Part shown: in pieces, positions 9,421 through 17,525 of the stretch
Position numbering within the stretch: the first letter of the stretch is position 1
Layout of the letters: each line of letters starts with the position of its first letter
Notes under the pieces: generated by a model
What the model was told of the DNA's origin: nothing
Databases searched by the model: none
What the model saw: the letters and a program-made list of their open reading frames with translations, nothing else
NCBI GenBank assembly: GCA_965652295.1
Contig: CBFGTS010000001.1
Span: 352,001 to 416,000, forward strand
Direction: 5' to 3'
DNA: 64,000 bases
DNA from: an uncultured Haloferula sp.
Lineage (GTDB): Bacteria > Verrucomicrobiota > Verrucomicrobiia > Verrucomicrobiales > Akkermansiaceae
Made by a program: the position numbers and the translations under genes

Positions 9421-10763
9421 GACGGCTGTTTCTCGAAGTGGAAAGTCCCGGCGGCCTCACGGGATTCGCGGTGGAGATCCCATCGGCCGATGTTCGATCC
9501 AGGTGCGAATTTCCGGGCGAAGTAGCATCCGCTCTCCGCGATCTCGGCTGCGACTCTCGGAAGCACCTGATGAAATGTCTGGGGGTGAGCTCCTCCCCGC
9601 CAGCAGGTCCACGTGACGGGGCGATTGATGATGCTTTCGCCAGGAAACCGTCCTGAAGCGCTCAGCACCGTCGAGAAAAAACATTCGTCGGCCGCCCAGA
9701 CGTCTTTGAAGTGGGGCGACCAATCCTTCTCGCTCACGATCAGGGTATCCTTCCGGTTCAGACACATCCACTGGTCTTGAAACCAAGCATGCTCCTTCGG
9801 AATCCCCCACAACGCTTCCAACCGCAAAGCCTTTTCCCGGTTTCTCCAACTCTGGACCTGCTCAAGGGAGCGCATGGCGAGTCGTGAGCGTTCGTCCAAG
9901 CGAAGGCTTCGTGCCAGGGCGGAGAAGGGTCGGACAGGGACGCAGCTCTCGGAAACCAGAACGATGTGCGTCACATCGCCGTCCTCCAGTGCGGCCCGCA
10001 TCATCGCGAGAGTCGCTTCGACCAATGAAAACGCTCCCCAATCCGTATGGATGCGTTCGGTAACCTGCGCGTCCCGGAGAAACGATCCCTCGGGGAGTGA
10101 GTCGAGAGCCTTGGTATGAGCGTGAATCCTCGCTTGGGCACCAGCAGCAGCGAGGTACTCCCGCCAGATGTCCGGATGGTTCAGCTCGCCGCGTGTCAGA
10201 AAGAGACAAGCAACCGTCGGCGTGGGTGCCGGAATGTCCGTCTTCCAGACCGGGTCCCGAGGGTTCACAGGGTAGTGCAGCTTTCCGGGCACGAAACTCA
10301 CCGGTCCTTCCCAATGCCACGTCCGTTCGTCATACCAGCGGCCGACCTGACCCGGAGGTGTAAACGAACCCGCTCCGCCGATGTCTTCGATCTTCAGTCC
10401 GGCCCGGTTCACGAGCGTCGGGATCACTGCCTCCGGGTGCCCGTCCCAGCCCACGTCGAGACCCTTGAGGACCGCTTCCGCGGCTCCTCGGCTCATGCGG
10501 ATGAGCGGCAAAAGCATCGCCACGCCATGGACCAGCGGCTTTTCGCCTGCGGGTGCTCGCAGGCTCGACCACCAGTGCCAGCCCGGCTCTTCCGCATGAC
10601 GGCGCACGGCGGTGCCGAGCAGGTCGGCATCGGATTCTTCGAAGGCAGCTTCCAGGGTCTCGATTTCTCCGTCGAAGTGGACGCCTTCATCGACCAGCCA
10701 GAGGTGATTCGCCTCCGATTGGAGAAAGTCGTGTAGGACGGGAGTGACTTCTTTCAGGTTCAT
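9417..10763 (-). CDS. Two-domain putative glycosyltransferase: DUF3405-like + GT14/Core-2-I-branching domain
   Basis: N-half is paralogous to the previous ORF. C-half has LFLTRG, TDWGAFSLVEA, LVSESCVPV, QWMCLNR, DECFFSTVL, YFARKF (Branch/GT14). 4-bp stop/start overlap with the next gene. Confidence 0.78.
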   Translation of the reverse strand: MNLKEVTPVLHDFLQSEANHLWLVDEGVHFDGEIETLEAAFEESDADLLGTAVRRHAEEPGWHWWSSLRAPAGEKPLVHGVAMLLPLIRMSRGAAEAVLKGLDVGWDGHPEAVIPTLVNRAGLKIEDIGGAGSFTPPGQVGRWYDERTWHWEGPVSFVPGKLHYPVNPRDPVWKTDIPAPTPTVACLFLTRGELNHPDIWREYLAAAGAQARIHAHTKALDSLPEGSFLRDAQVTERIHTDWGAFSLVEATLAMMRAALEDGDVTHIVLVSESCVPVRPFSALARSLRLDERSRLAMRSLEQVQSWRNREKALRLEALWGIPKEHAWFQDQWMCLNRKDTLIVSEKDWSPHFKDVWAADECFFSTVLSASGRFPGESIINRPVTWTCWRGGAHPQTFHQVLPRVAAEIAESGCYFARKFAPGSNIGRWDLHRESREAAGTFHFEKQPS

Positions 10764-10798
10764 GAACCGTAGGGAAAAGGGCAATGCTGCCGAGGAAG

Positions 10799-12349
10799 TC
10801 AGAAGTCTTGCCACTCCCCATAGCGCTTCTTTCGCATCTGAAACTTCGCCTTGTTGATTCTCAAGAGCTTCATGGCGAGGTTGTTGGCGAAAGTGGCATG
10901 ATAGAAAACGGTGGCTTCAAAGACAGGTTGCTTTCCGAGCGTTCCGATTTGAGAAGAAAGCGCGCGGTGCTTGATGCCCAGCTCGTGGATCAAGCGATTG
11001 ATTTCTTCTTGATCCGCGTCGGCGATCCTCCCATGGCGGAGGCCCTTTAGAACGCGGGAGTAGAGAGTCACAATCTTCGGGCAGTTCTTGAGAATAATGA
11101 ATCCACAGTTGTAGTAGTTTGGCCTGTCCAGCAACGCTGAGAATTCGATGTTGTCCCGACGGGCGTCATTGATCATGGTCCGAACTTCGCTGGGCTTGAA
11201 AAAATGGATATCCACATCGCTGATAATGAGATATTCGTTATCGTCGATCTGATGCATCACCTCCAGTGCGAGCTCGACCTGATTGATCAGCATCTCGTAC
11301 CACGAGCGGGTCTGAAACCCGTGTTCGCTAAACGAACTCAAATCGACCTTCCGGTTGAACACCGTGATTCCTTGTCTGGCAGGATCAAGGCTGGCAAGGA
11401 AGCCCTCGTATAGGGGTTGGAGATTGCTCGAATGGACGGTGACGACCGTCAGAGGGTGCGCTGCGGTCCCGTTTGATGAAGGGGGTTCCTCGGGCGGCTC
11501 TTCCCGCTTCCGAAGCTCATTCCACAGGGCTTCGGCAGTTCGATTTAGCTGCGCTTCGACGGTGAGATGGGTCGCCGCAAAGCGCCGACCCTCGCGGCCG
11601 ATCAGATCGTACAGCTTCTCGTCGGCTTCCAGTCGTGCATGGTTCTCGAAGAGGTCGGAGAGGTCTTGTTTCACCGGGACAAAGTGAACCCACGGTTCCA
11701 GATCCTCGTGCCACGGTTCGATAATGGGGCGGTCTACGATGAAGAGCGGTCGTCCCGTCGCGAGCAACCACTTGACGCGTGCGGAGTAGCCGTTGCCGGG
11801 GCAGTCGATGAGGTACTTGTATCTGGCGTGATCGGGGATCGTCACGAGCCGGGTCTTGGAGCGGGGCTTGCCGGGTGAGCTGAAATCCCACTCCATCAGC
11901 TCGACATCGAAAAGGTCACGGTGCTCTCGTCCCAGCCCGCAGAGTGCGACGCGTGAGGGATGGGTGTTCGCGCCGATCCAGAACAAACGATCGTCTTCGT
12001 AGGGAGCCTGCGTTTGAAGCAGCTCGAGCATCATCGTTTCGGCGTCGTCGATGCCTGCCTCCGGCCAACGCAGGGTGTATGGGCAGGGAAAGGGAAGCGT
12101 GCTCGCGGATTGACCGGAGAAGCGAGTGGTGCTGAAGGCCAGGTCGTGGGCCTCGACCCAATGCAAGGGCGGAACTCCGTCGCGGAAAGCGATTCCTCCG
12201 CTCCGGCCCACCATCAAGTCCGGCCAATTCTGGACGAGATCGCAGAGCAGCTTCAAGGCGTTGTCCGGTCGGCATTGAAAGCCTTTCGCTGCGGTGATCA
12301 CAACGCGGTCCACGGCTTCAACCCGGAATGAAATCGTATTATCCTCCAT
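10799..12349 (-). CDS. Two-domain glycosyltransferase: GT90 (CAP10) + nucleotide-diphospho-sugar transferase (GT77-like)
   Basis: YKYLIDCPGNGYSARVKWLL..LEPWVHFVPVKQDLSDL is the GT90/CAP10 core. C-half has IISDVDI, NCGF, DQEEIN, FYHAT (GT-A, GT77/GT8-like). Confidence 0.78.
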   Translation of the reverse strand: MEDNTISFRVEAVDRVVITAAKGFQCRPDNALKLLCDLVQNWPDLMVGRSGGIAFRDGVPPLHWVEAHDLAFSTTRFSGQSASTLPFPCPYTLRWPEAGIDDAETMMLELLQTQAPYEDDRLFWIGANTHPSRVALCGLGREHRDLFDVELMEWDFSSPGKPRSKTRLVTIPDHARYKYLIDCPGNGYSARVKWLLATGRPLFIVDRPIIEPWHEDLEPWVHFVPVKQDLSDLFENHARLEADEKLYDLIGREGRRFAATHLTVEAQLNRTAEALWNELRKREEPPEEPPSSNGTAAHPLTVVTVHSSNLQPLYEGFLASLDPARQGITVFNRKVDLSSFSEHGFQTRSWYEMLINQVELALEVMHQIDDNEYLIISDVDIHFFKPSEVRTMINDARRDNIEFSALLDRPNYYNCGFIILKNCPKIVTLYSRVLKGLRHGRIADADQEEINRLIHELGIKHRALSSQIGTLGKQPVFEATVFYHATFANNLAMKLLRINKAKFQMRKKRYGEWQDF

Positions 12350-12354
12350 CGCGT

Positions 12355-13824
12355 TCAAATTCCTGCCCGGTGGAGCCCCCACTTAGCAATGTCCGAATTG
12401 GGTGGGAATTTTCTGGCGAAGAACCCGGGGAACGTAGCGAGGTCGATGGCCATTGAGCAATCGGTTTCCTTGTGGCACGTGGGCGTCGTGATGGGCCAAG
12501 TTTCCCATTTCAACCACGTAAGCGGAGTAAAGCGAACTCGTTCCTGTATCGGGAAACCTCGCATTGCAAGGACTGAGCCAAAGTAGTGCTCGTCTGGAGC
12601 TTCAATGGAGGAGAAATGCATGGTGAAATCATGTTCCGATACGCAGGAAGCGGCGGCGCGATCCAGTAAAACCCACTGCGAGTGTTTGAGCATAACGTTC
12701 TCGGGAAGTCGCCTTATCGACTGGAGCCTACGAAAATGCTTTTTCTGCATTGATGACGAATCTTCAAGATCCATCATTGAACGTGGGTCGATCCTTAAAA
12801 GGCGCTTCATTTCCCGCCAAGGCTTTATCGGGACGCAGCTCTCGGACACAAACGCGAAGTGAGTGATATCCGAATGAGCTAATCCTTCCCTGAGCAACGC
12901 CAGCATTGCCCGAACAAGTGAAATATCGCCCCAACACGTATCGTGCAGTTCAGGGATCAAATAGGGCGTAAGAATCCCCGCTTCTCCAGGAGTCTTGACA
13001 TGAGCCAACGCCGTGACGTCGCCGATTGCTCCTTCGAGAAACTCTTTCCAGATTTCTGGATGATTGACATTACCCCGGGTGAGAAACAGCAGGCCGAGCT
13101 TCGGCGGAGCGGGATCTGATGGCTGCGTTTCGTTGGGATTCCAACGGCTGCCTCCCCAAACTTCTGCGTGAAAGCCTCTGAGCGGGTCGGGCCGAGCTGG
13201 AGTGTCGCCATTGTCACAATCGGCTTCATGAGCCGGAGACGGATAAGAAGGCTCGGTCTCCCGCACGAGGTCGGGGTAGCACGCATAGATTGGAACGCTC
13301 TGCAGCAGGCCTCCAAACAGGGAATCGGCACTGTAGGAATGGCATGAGCAGGCCTGGGTGCAAGCTTTCAGCGCTGCGAGGACCTGCTTGTAGTAGGGTG
13401 CGCGTACTGCGAAAGCGTAGGTACCGGATGCGTCGGTGACCTTGACGATTCCTTGAGAGTAAGGGAGCGGGCGTTCACGGTGGGTGCATCCGAGAAGAAG
13501 AATCCCCCAGTCGTCCGGAAGATCGACTTCGTCGAGGATGGATTTGATGTCCGGTCGGAACGTCACATTGTCTCCCAACAGGAGGACGGCGTCGGCGCTC
13601 GCTAGCATTGCGCTGCGAAGCGCCAGTCTTTGAGTGAGCGTATGCGCATAGCTCTCGGGATTCGAGTGGCCCCGTGTGTTCTTCACAAACCTTGCGTCGA
13701 TGGCCCGGAAACGCTTGGCCGGGAGGTCGGCTCTTTCGAGCGCCTCCTCCATCGCGAAACGTCGTTCCTGATTGCGTCCAAGGTTGGTCCAGTAGACTAA
13801 AGAAAATGTCGTCTCGGTATTCAT
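12355..13824 (-). CDS. Two-domain glycosyltransferase: GT25-like + GT14/Core-2-I-branching domain
   Basis: N-half WTNLGRNQERR..RFRAIDA..DWGILLLG..GTYAFAV is GT25-like, with EDD replaced by GDN. C-half has LLFLTRG, TCWGDISLVRA, FVSESCVP, SQWVLL, PDEHYF, FFARKF. Confidence 0.78.
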   Translation of the reverse strand: MNTETTFSLVYWTNLGRNQERRFAMEEALERADLPAKRFRAIDARFVKNTRGHSNPESYAHTLTQRLALRSAMLASADAVLLLGDNVTFRPDIKSILDEVDLPDDWGILLLGCTHRERPLPYSQGIVKVTDASGTYAFAVRAPYYKQVLAALKACTQACSCHSYSADSLFGGLLQSVPIYACYPDLVRETEPSYPSPAHEADCDNGDTPARPDPLRGFHAEVWGGSRWNPNETQPSDPAPPKLGLLFLTRGNVNHPEIWKEFLEGAIGDVTALAHVKTPGEAGILTPYLIPELHDTCWGDISLVRAMLALLREGLAHSDITHFAFVSESCVPIKPWREMKRLLRIDPRSMMDLEDSSSMQKKHFRRLQSIRRLPENVMLKHSQWVLLDRAAASCVSEHDFTMHFSSIEAPDEHYFGSVLAMRGFPIQERVRFTPLTWLKWETWPITTPTCHKETDCSMAIDLATFPGFFARKFPPNSDIAKWGLHRAGI

Positions 13825-13839
13825 GAGCGATTCTTCAGG

Positions 13840-14700
13840 TCAGGCTTCAAGAAGATCCAACAACAGGCCACCCGCGTCCCCGTAAGTTTTCATCATATGA
13901 AGGGCGAAGGCCAGGTTGATCTTCTCCCGTTGATCGCCGCCAACAAAATGCAAGAGCGCTGCATGTTGGTAATCAAGGAAACCTGGGTTGAGGTGGAAGG
14001 GGAACATGATTTCGCCCTTCTCAAAAGTTCCGACTCGGAGCGTGGTATCCAGCAAGAGTCGGTTCCACGCCGTTTGGTCCCGCATGTCCGGATGTCGAGC
14101 CGGAGTCCTTTCAAAGATCTCCCTCCACTGGGCCATCACCTCGTGGTAGTGTCGTGCCCTGATCGCAACGGTGCCTGCGTTGATCCCGTGCCCATAGGCC
14201 CTCAGCCATTGGTTCCGCTCCGGTTGAAGACTCTCTTTGGCTCCGATATAGCCGTTGAATGCGCGGGAATGGAGCATGCTTCGTCCTGCCTCTGGTTGAA
14301 CGAGGATGTCGGCGTCACTATCGAAAAGATGATCCAGGTTGCGCAGTCCGAGGCAGTCTGCATCAAAATAGCCGATCCATTCATAGGGTGATGGATCGAT
14401 CATTTCCGCCGCGAGAAAACGGTAGGCAAGTGCCGAGAGCAAGCAGGCCTTGCCCCGATTCTGACTTCCCTCGACCTCCGGCGTCTCGACAAAAACTTCT
14501 TCGAGCCCGGGTCGCTGGACCGGAAATAAGGGCTCCGCAAAGTTCCTGAAGACAACGATGTCCCCGCTCCAGAAATGCCGCAGCAATGAGGCGCATAAGA
14601 GCTTCGCCATCGTTCGGCTACCGCGCCATCCCGGAGGGGTGAAAGCTACCGTGTAGATCAAACTAGGTTTTTGAAGGGAGCGTTCGTGGGAGGCGGGCAT
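13840..14700 (-). CDS. GT-A fold glycosyltransferase (GT8/GT34/GT77-like)
   Basis: DxD motif YFDADC, GINAGTV, DQTAWN, LLHFVG. Start is uncertain (14700 ATG, 14766 ATG or 14778 TTG). Confidence 0.72.
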   Translation of the reverse strand: MPASHERSLQKPSLIYTVAFTPPGWRGSRTMAKLLCASLLRHFWSGDIVVFRNFAEPLFPVQRPGLEEVFVETPEVEGSQNRGKACLLSALAYRFLAAEMIDPSPYEWIGYFDADCLGLRNLDHLFDSDADILVQPEAGRSMLHSRAFNGYIGAKESLQPERNQWLRAYGHGINAGTVAIRARHYHEVMAQWREIFERTPARHPDMRDQTAWNRLLLDTTLRVGTFEKGEIMFPFHLNPGFLDYQHAALLHFVGGDQREKINLAFALHMMKTYGDAGGLLLDLLEA

Positions 14701-14796
14701 ATTTTTTTGCGTGGATCTACGCGATTTCAGGTTGACGACTGCTAGGTTCCTCGTTAAAGGCTTCATCCCGTAGTTCAAACCTTCCTAAAACAAGCC

Positions 14797-15135
14797 ATGA
14801 ATTCCGAAGAAGTAGTGCCGACACCGTTAAGGGGCAGTCAACAAGAAATCAGCGCAGAAGGCCACGAATGGAATACCGGGATGACCCGGCGGCGGTTCCT
14901 TAGAAGGACGGGTGGAGCGACCGTCGCTTCCATGGTGGCTTGGCATGCGTCAGGAACAGCGGCGTGGGCGGGTGGTGAGGGTGGTGGCAGTTCGGGTGGC
15001 AGTTCGGGTGGCAGTTCGGGTGGCAGTTCGGGTGGCAGTTCGGGTGGCAGCGGTGGACATTGGGCGGACTACGGTCCTGACGGGAAATGTAAAAAATGCG
15101 GTGCCACCAGCGGAATGTACCATATCCCCTTCTGA
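14797..15135 (+). CDS. Small protein with twin-arginine-like signal, (GGSS)n tract and C-terminal CxxC
   Basis: MTRRRFLRRTGGATVASMVAW..AWA matches S/T-R-R-x-F-L, followed by a hydrophobic stretch and AxA. Then GGSS x5 and GKCKKCG. Confidence 0.65.
   Translation: MNSEEVVPTPLRGSQQEISAEGHEWNTGMTRRRFLRRTGGATVASMVAWHASGTAAWAGGEGGGSSGGSSGGSSGGSSGGSSGGSGGHWADYGPDGKCKKCGATSGMYHIPF
14983..15050 (+). repeat. 12-bp perfect tandem repeat (ggtggcagttcg) x5 plus 8-bp partial
   Basis: Five identical units read directly from the sequence, in frame, encoding Gly-Gly-Ser-Ser. Confidence 0.95.
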
Positions 15136-15434
15136 GCCTTGGATTGCTGTCTCGCATTGATAGATTCAAGATCCGATAATTGAGTTATGTAGTTTAATTG
15201 GATCGAGAAATGCTTGGGAGCTGCGGTATGGTGTTTCGGAAATACGGAACGACAACTTCATATTGTTTTGGTCGTATGACTCGTCGGTCCCTTCCTTGAT
15301 TTCGACATCGCGACATACCTGCCTGTAGCGCATGGTCTTGAGAGCCAACATCGTCTTTCTTTGCGGCGAAGGCCTTTCCCAGAAGGGAACCGCCACCTTC
15401 CCCATGGTGGGGTGTATGTATTTGTTCCTCATTA

Positions 15435-15940
15435 GGTGGGAGAGCAGGTTCGGCCGGGGAGGTGTTGTGAGGGGTGAGAAGCGGCTTCGCAGCTACCGAC
15501 CGCCGCACCTGCCGGCGGCTATTCAAGCAGTGATTCTCAACGAAGCTGTCCGCCCGCCCAAGCACCCGACCGGCTGGCGCACCCGCCCCATGGCTAAAGC
15601 CCACGGAGCCTCAAAGGCCAGTTGTCACCGCTTCTGGACAGCTATTGGCATCAAGCCGGACCACTCTTGGACCTTCAAGTTTTCCATCGATAACGGCTTC
15701 GAACCGAAGTTGTGGGACGTCATCGGTCTGTATTGGAATCCTCTTTGCCAAGCCTTGGCGCTCTCCTGCAACGAGAAAAGCCGGTGCCAAGCTCTCAAGC
15801 ACACGCAACAACCCGGCTTGCCACTGGAAGCTTCACGAGCATTGAGGAGATCAATCAAGCCATCGGAGCCTACCTGTCCCGCGCCCGATAGGAGCCCAGG
15901 CGCTACGTCTGGAAAGCCGAATGTAGCGAAACTCACACTA
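15435..15940 (+). pseudogene. IS630-family transposase remnant with internal deletion
   Basis: KPDHSWTFKFSIDNGFEPKLWDVIGLYWNP..LSCNEKSRCQALKHTQQPGLPL resembles the IS630 N/central region, with the catalytic DEK read as NEK. It jumps to a C-terminal GSFTSIEEINQAIGAYLSRAR*EPRRYVWKA in another frame, which has an internal stop. Confidence 0.85.
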
Positions 15941-16081
15941 CGATCCATCATTTTTTTTCAGTTCCTCATGAACCCTTCCGGTGATGATGATTGGTTATTT
16001 GGTAATCTCTGTAATAGTCGATTGTGGGCATTGAGCCGTGTGAGTGAGGAATGGGAACCTAATGCATCTAATATCAGTTAA

Positions 16082-17263
16082 ATGATGAAACCAGGAACTT
16101 GCTATCTAGTCGTCATTTCTTCCGTGGTTCTATCAGGTTTGGCTGGATATTATATCGGAGCCGAACGGCAAATGGATACGTGGAGGAAAGGACGAGCATC
16201 TCAGGACAACGCATCCATGGTTCACGGAGGCCCGGGGGATTCATGGTCTAAAAGGGAGCATTTAAACGCGCGAAGAATGGAGCGCGATAAAGCCTCAAAC
16301 ACAAACAAGAAAGATGTTCATATTTCCCCTGATGAGGCAAAGGAAATGATGCGTAACGCAGCCATGATAACCGATCAGCGGGAGAAGGCGGCCGCTTATC
16401 GAAATATAATGAGGCGGCTTTGTGAGGCGGGATACACAGAAGACGCATGGCAGCTAATTGTGGAGGATCCGGGTTTGGTTCGCGACGCGCAAGTTTATGA
16501 ATTTTTTACGAGTTCGACACTCGCGTTGTCAACGTGTCTTTCAAAAGTGGCGATGCTTCGGGATGACTCGGAAATGAAGACGGCTTTAGCAGGTTATCTT
16601 CAAAATAACCTTCACGACATTAATCGAATTGTGAATGATTATGGCTTTGTGGAGATTACTAATCGACTTAACGAGAAGGATTCACATGCATTGGACGAAA
16701 TTCTCACGTCGGCCCTCCGAATGAGTTTTGATAATGCGTCCTCAGAGGAGCGAAAGGAAGAAGTTAATCAGATGGTTATTGATTATCATAAAAAGGGGAT
16801 TGTTTCCAATTCTGATTATGCGACATTTATTGCCAGAAACATTAATTCCAATGAGCCATTTGACATGTGGCAATGGATCTCGGATTCTTCTATGGGTGTG
16901 TCGAGTCCAGAAGGAAGCTTCGAGTCTCAAGCTCGAGCTGCTATTGTTGGTTCAATGGTGAACCAGGACCCCGAGAAAGCGATGGCCCAATTGAAGGCGT
17001 CTAGTAGTGATGGCTCTTCCTATGATTTGTATCTCGGATTGGAGTCATGGACAAAAACTGATCCTGGAGCCGCATATAATTGGTTTGATGATAATAGAGC
17101 GTCATTAACTGCGGACCAACAGGATTCAGCTGCCCGTGCTTTCGCGGTCAATGCTTTAGCTTTCAGAGAATTCGAAGGGGCTGAGCGGTGGGTTGAAAAA
17201 ATAAAAAATGAAGATCTTAGATCTGATTTGTTGAAGAAAATCAAATTAGGCTTAAGCGAATAG
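16082..17263 (+). CDS. Hypothetical AT-rich protein, N-terminal anchor, predicted alpha-helical
   Basis: 393-aa ORF in the most AT-rich DNA of the window. N-terminal hydrophobic helix; repeated DP..A..W motifs (QDPEKAMAQL, WTKTDPGAAYNW). Confidence 0.75.
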   Translation: MMKPGTCYLVVISSVVLSGLAGYYIGAERQMDTWRKGRASQDNASMVHGGPGDSWSKREHLNARRMERDKASNTNKKDVHISPDEAKEMMRNAAMITDQREKAAAYRNIMRRLCEAGYTEDAWQLIVEDPGLVRDAQVYEFFTSSTLALSTCLSKVAMLRDDSEMKTALAGYLQNNLHDINRIVNDYGFVEITNRLNEKDSHALDEILTSALRMSFDNASSEERKEEVNQMVIDYHKKGIVSNSDYATFIARNINSNEPFDMWQWISDSSMGVSSPEGSFESQARAAIVGSMVNQDPEKAMAQLKASSSDGSSYDLYLGLESWTKTDPGAAYNWFDDNRASLTADQQDSAARAFAVNALAFREFEGAERWVEKIKNEDLRSDLLKKIKLGLSE

Positions 17264-17525
17264 GTCGCGTGGATCAAATGGTTAACGCAACAAACTTATT
17301 AAAGTTTTAAGGGGGTAAGCACCGCCGAGTGCTGTCGGTCGCCGAGTGCTGTCTGTTCTTGGGTTGACGGCATGGTTGGGTGGCATAGGCGACAGCGGAT
17401 CGGTCGGACTTGGCTACCGGGTGCTTGGTGCGGTGCGCGTCGGCCCAAATGGACGGAAGCAGGGCGGGGTTAATCCTGAGAAAATATCTGATTGCTAAGA
17501 GTCGGGCTGATTCATAAAAACGCGA

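Noticed and set aside
14983..15050. Possible CRISPR array
   Set aside because: Contiguous 12-bp units with no spacers and no cas genes; it is a coding tandem repeat.
15166..15432. 88-aa minus-strand ORF next to the IS remnant
   Set aside because: No recognisable motif and it lies in degraded DNA; cannot be supported as a gene.
17323..17353. 14-bp direct repeat cgccgagtgctgtc x2
   Set aside because: Real but only two copies, with no context showing an att site or operator function.
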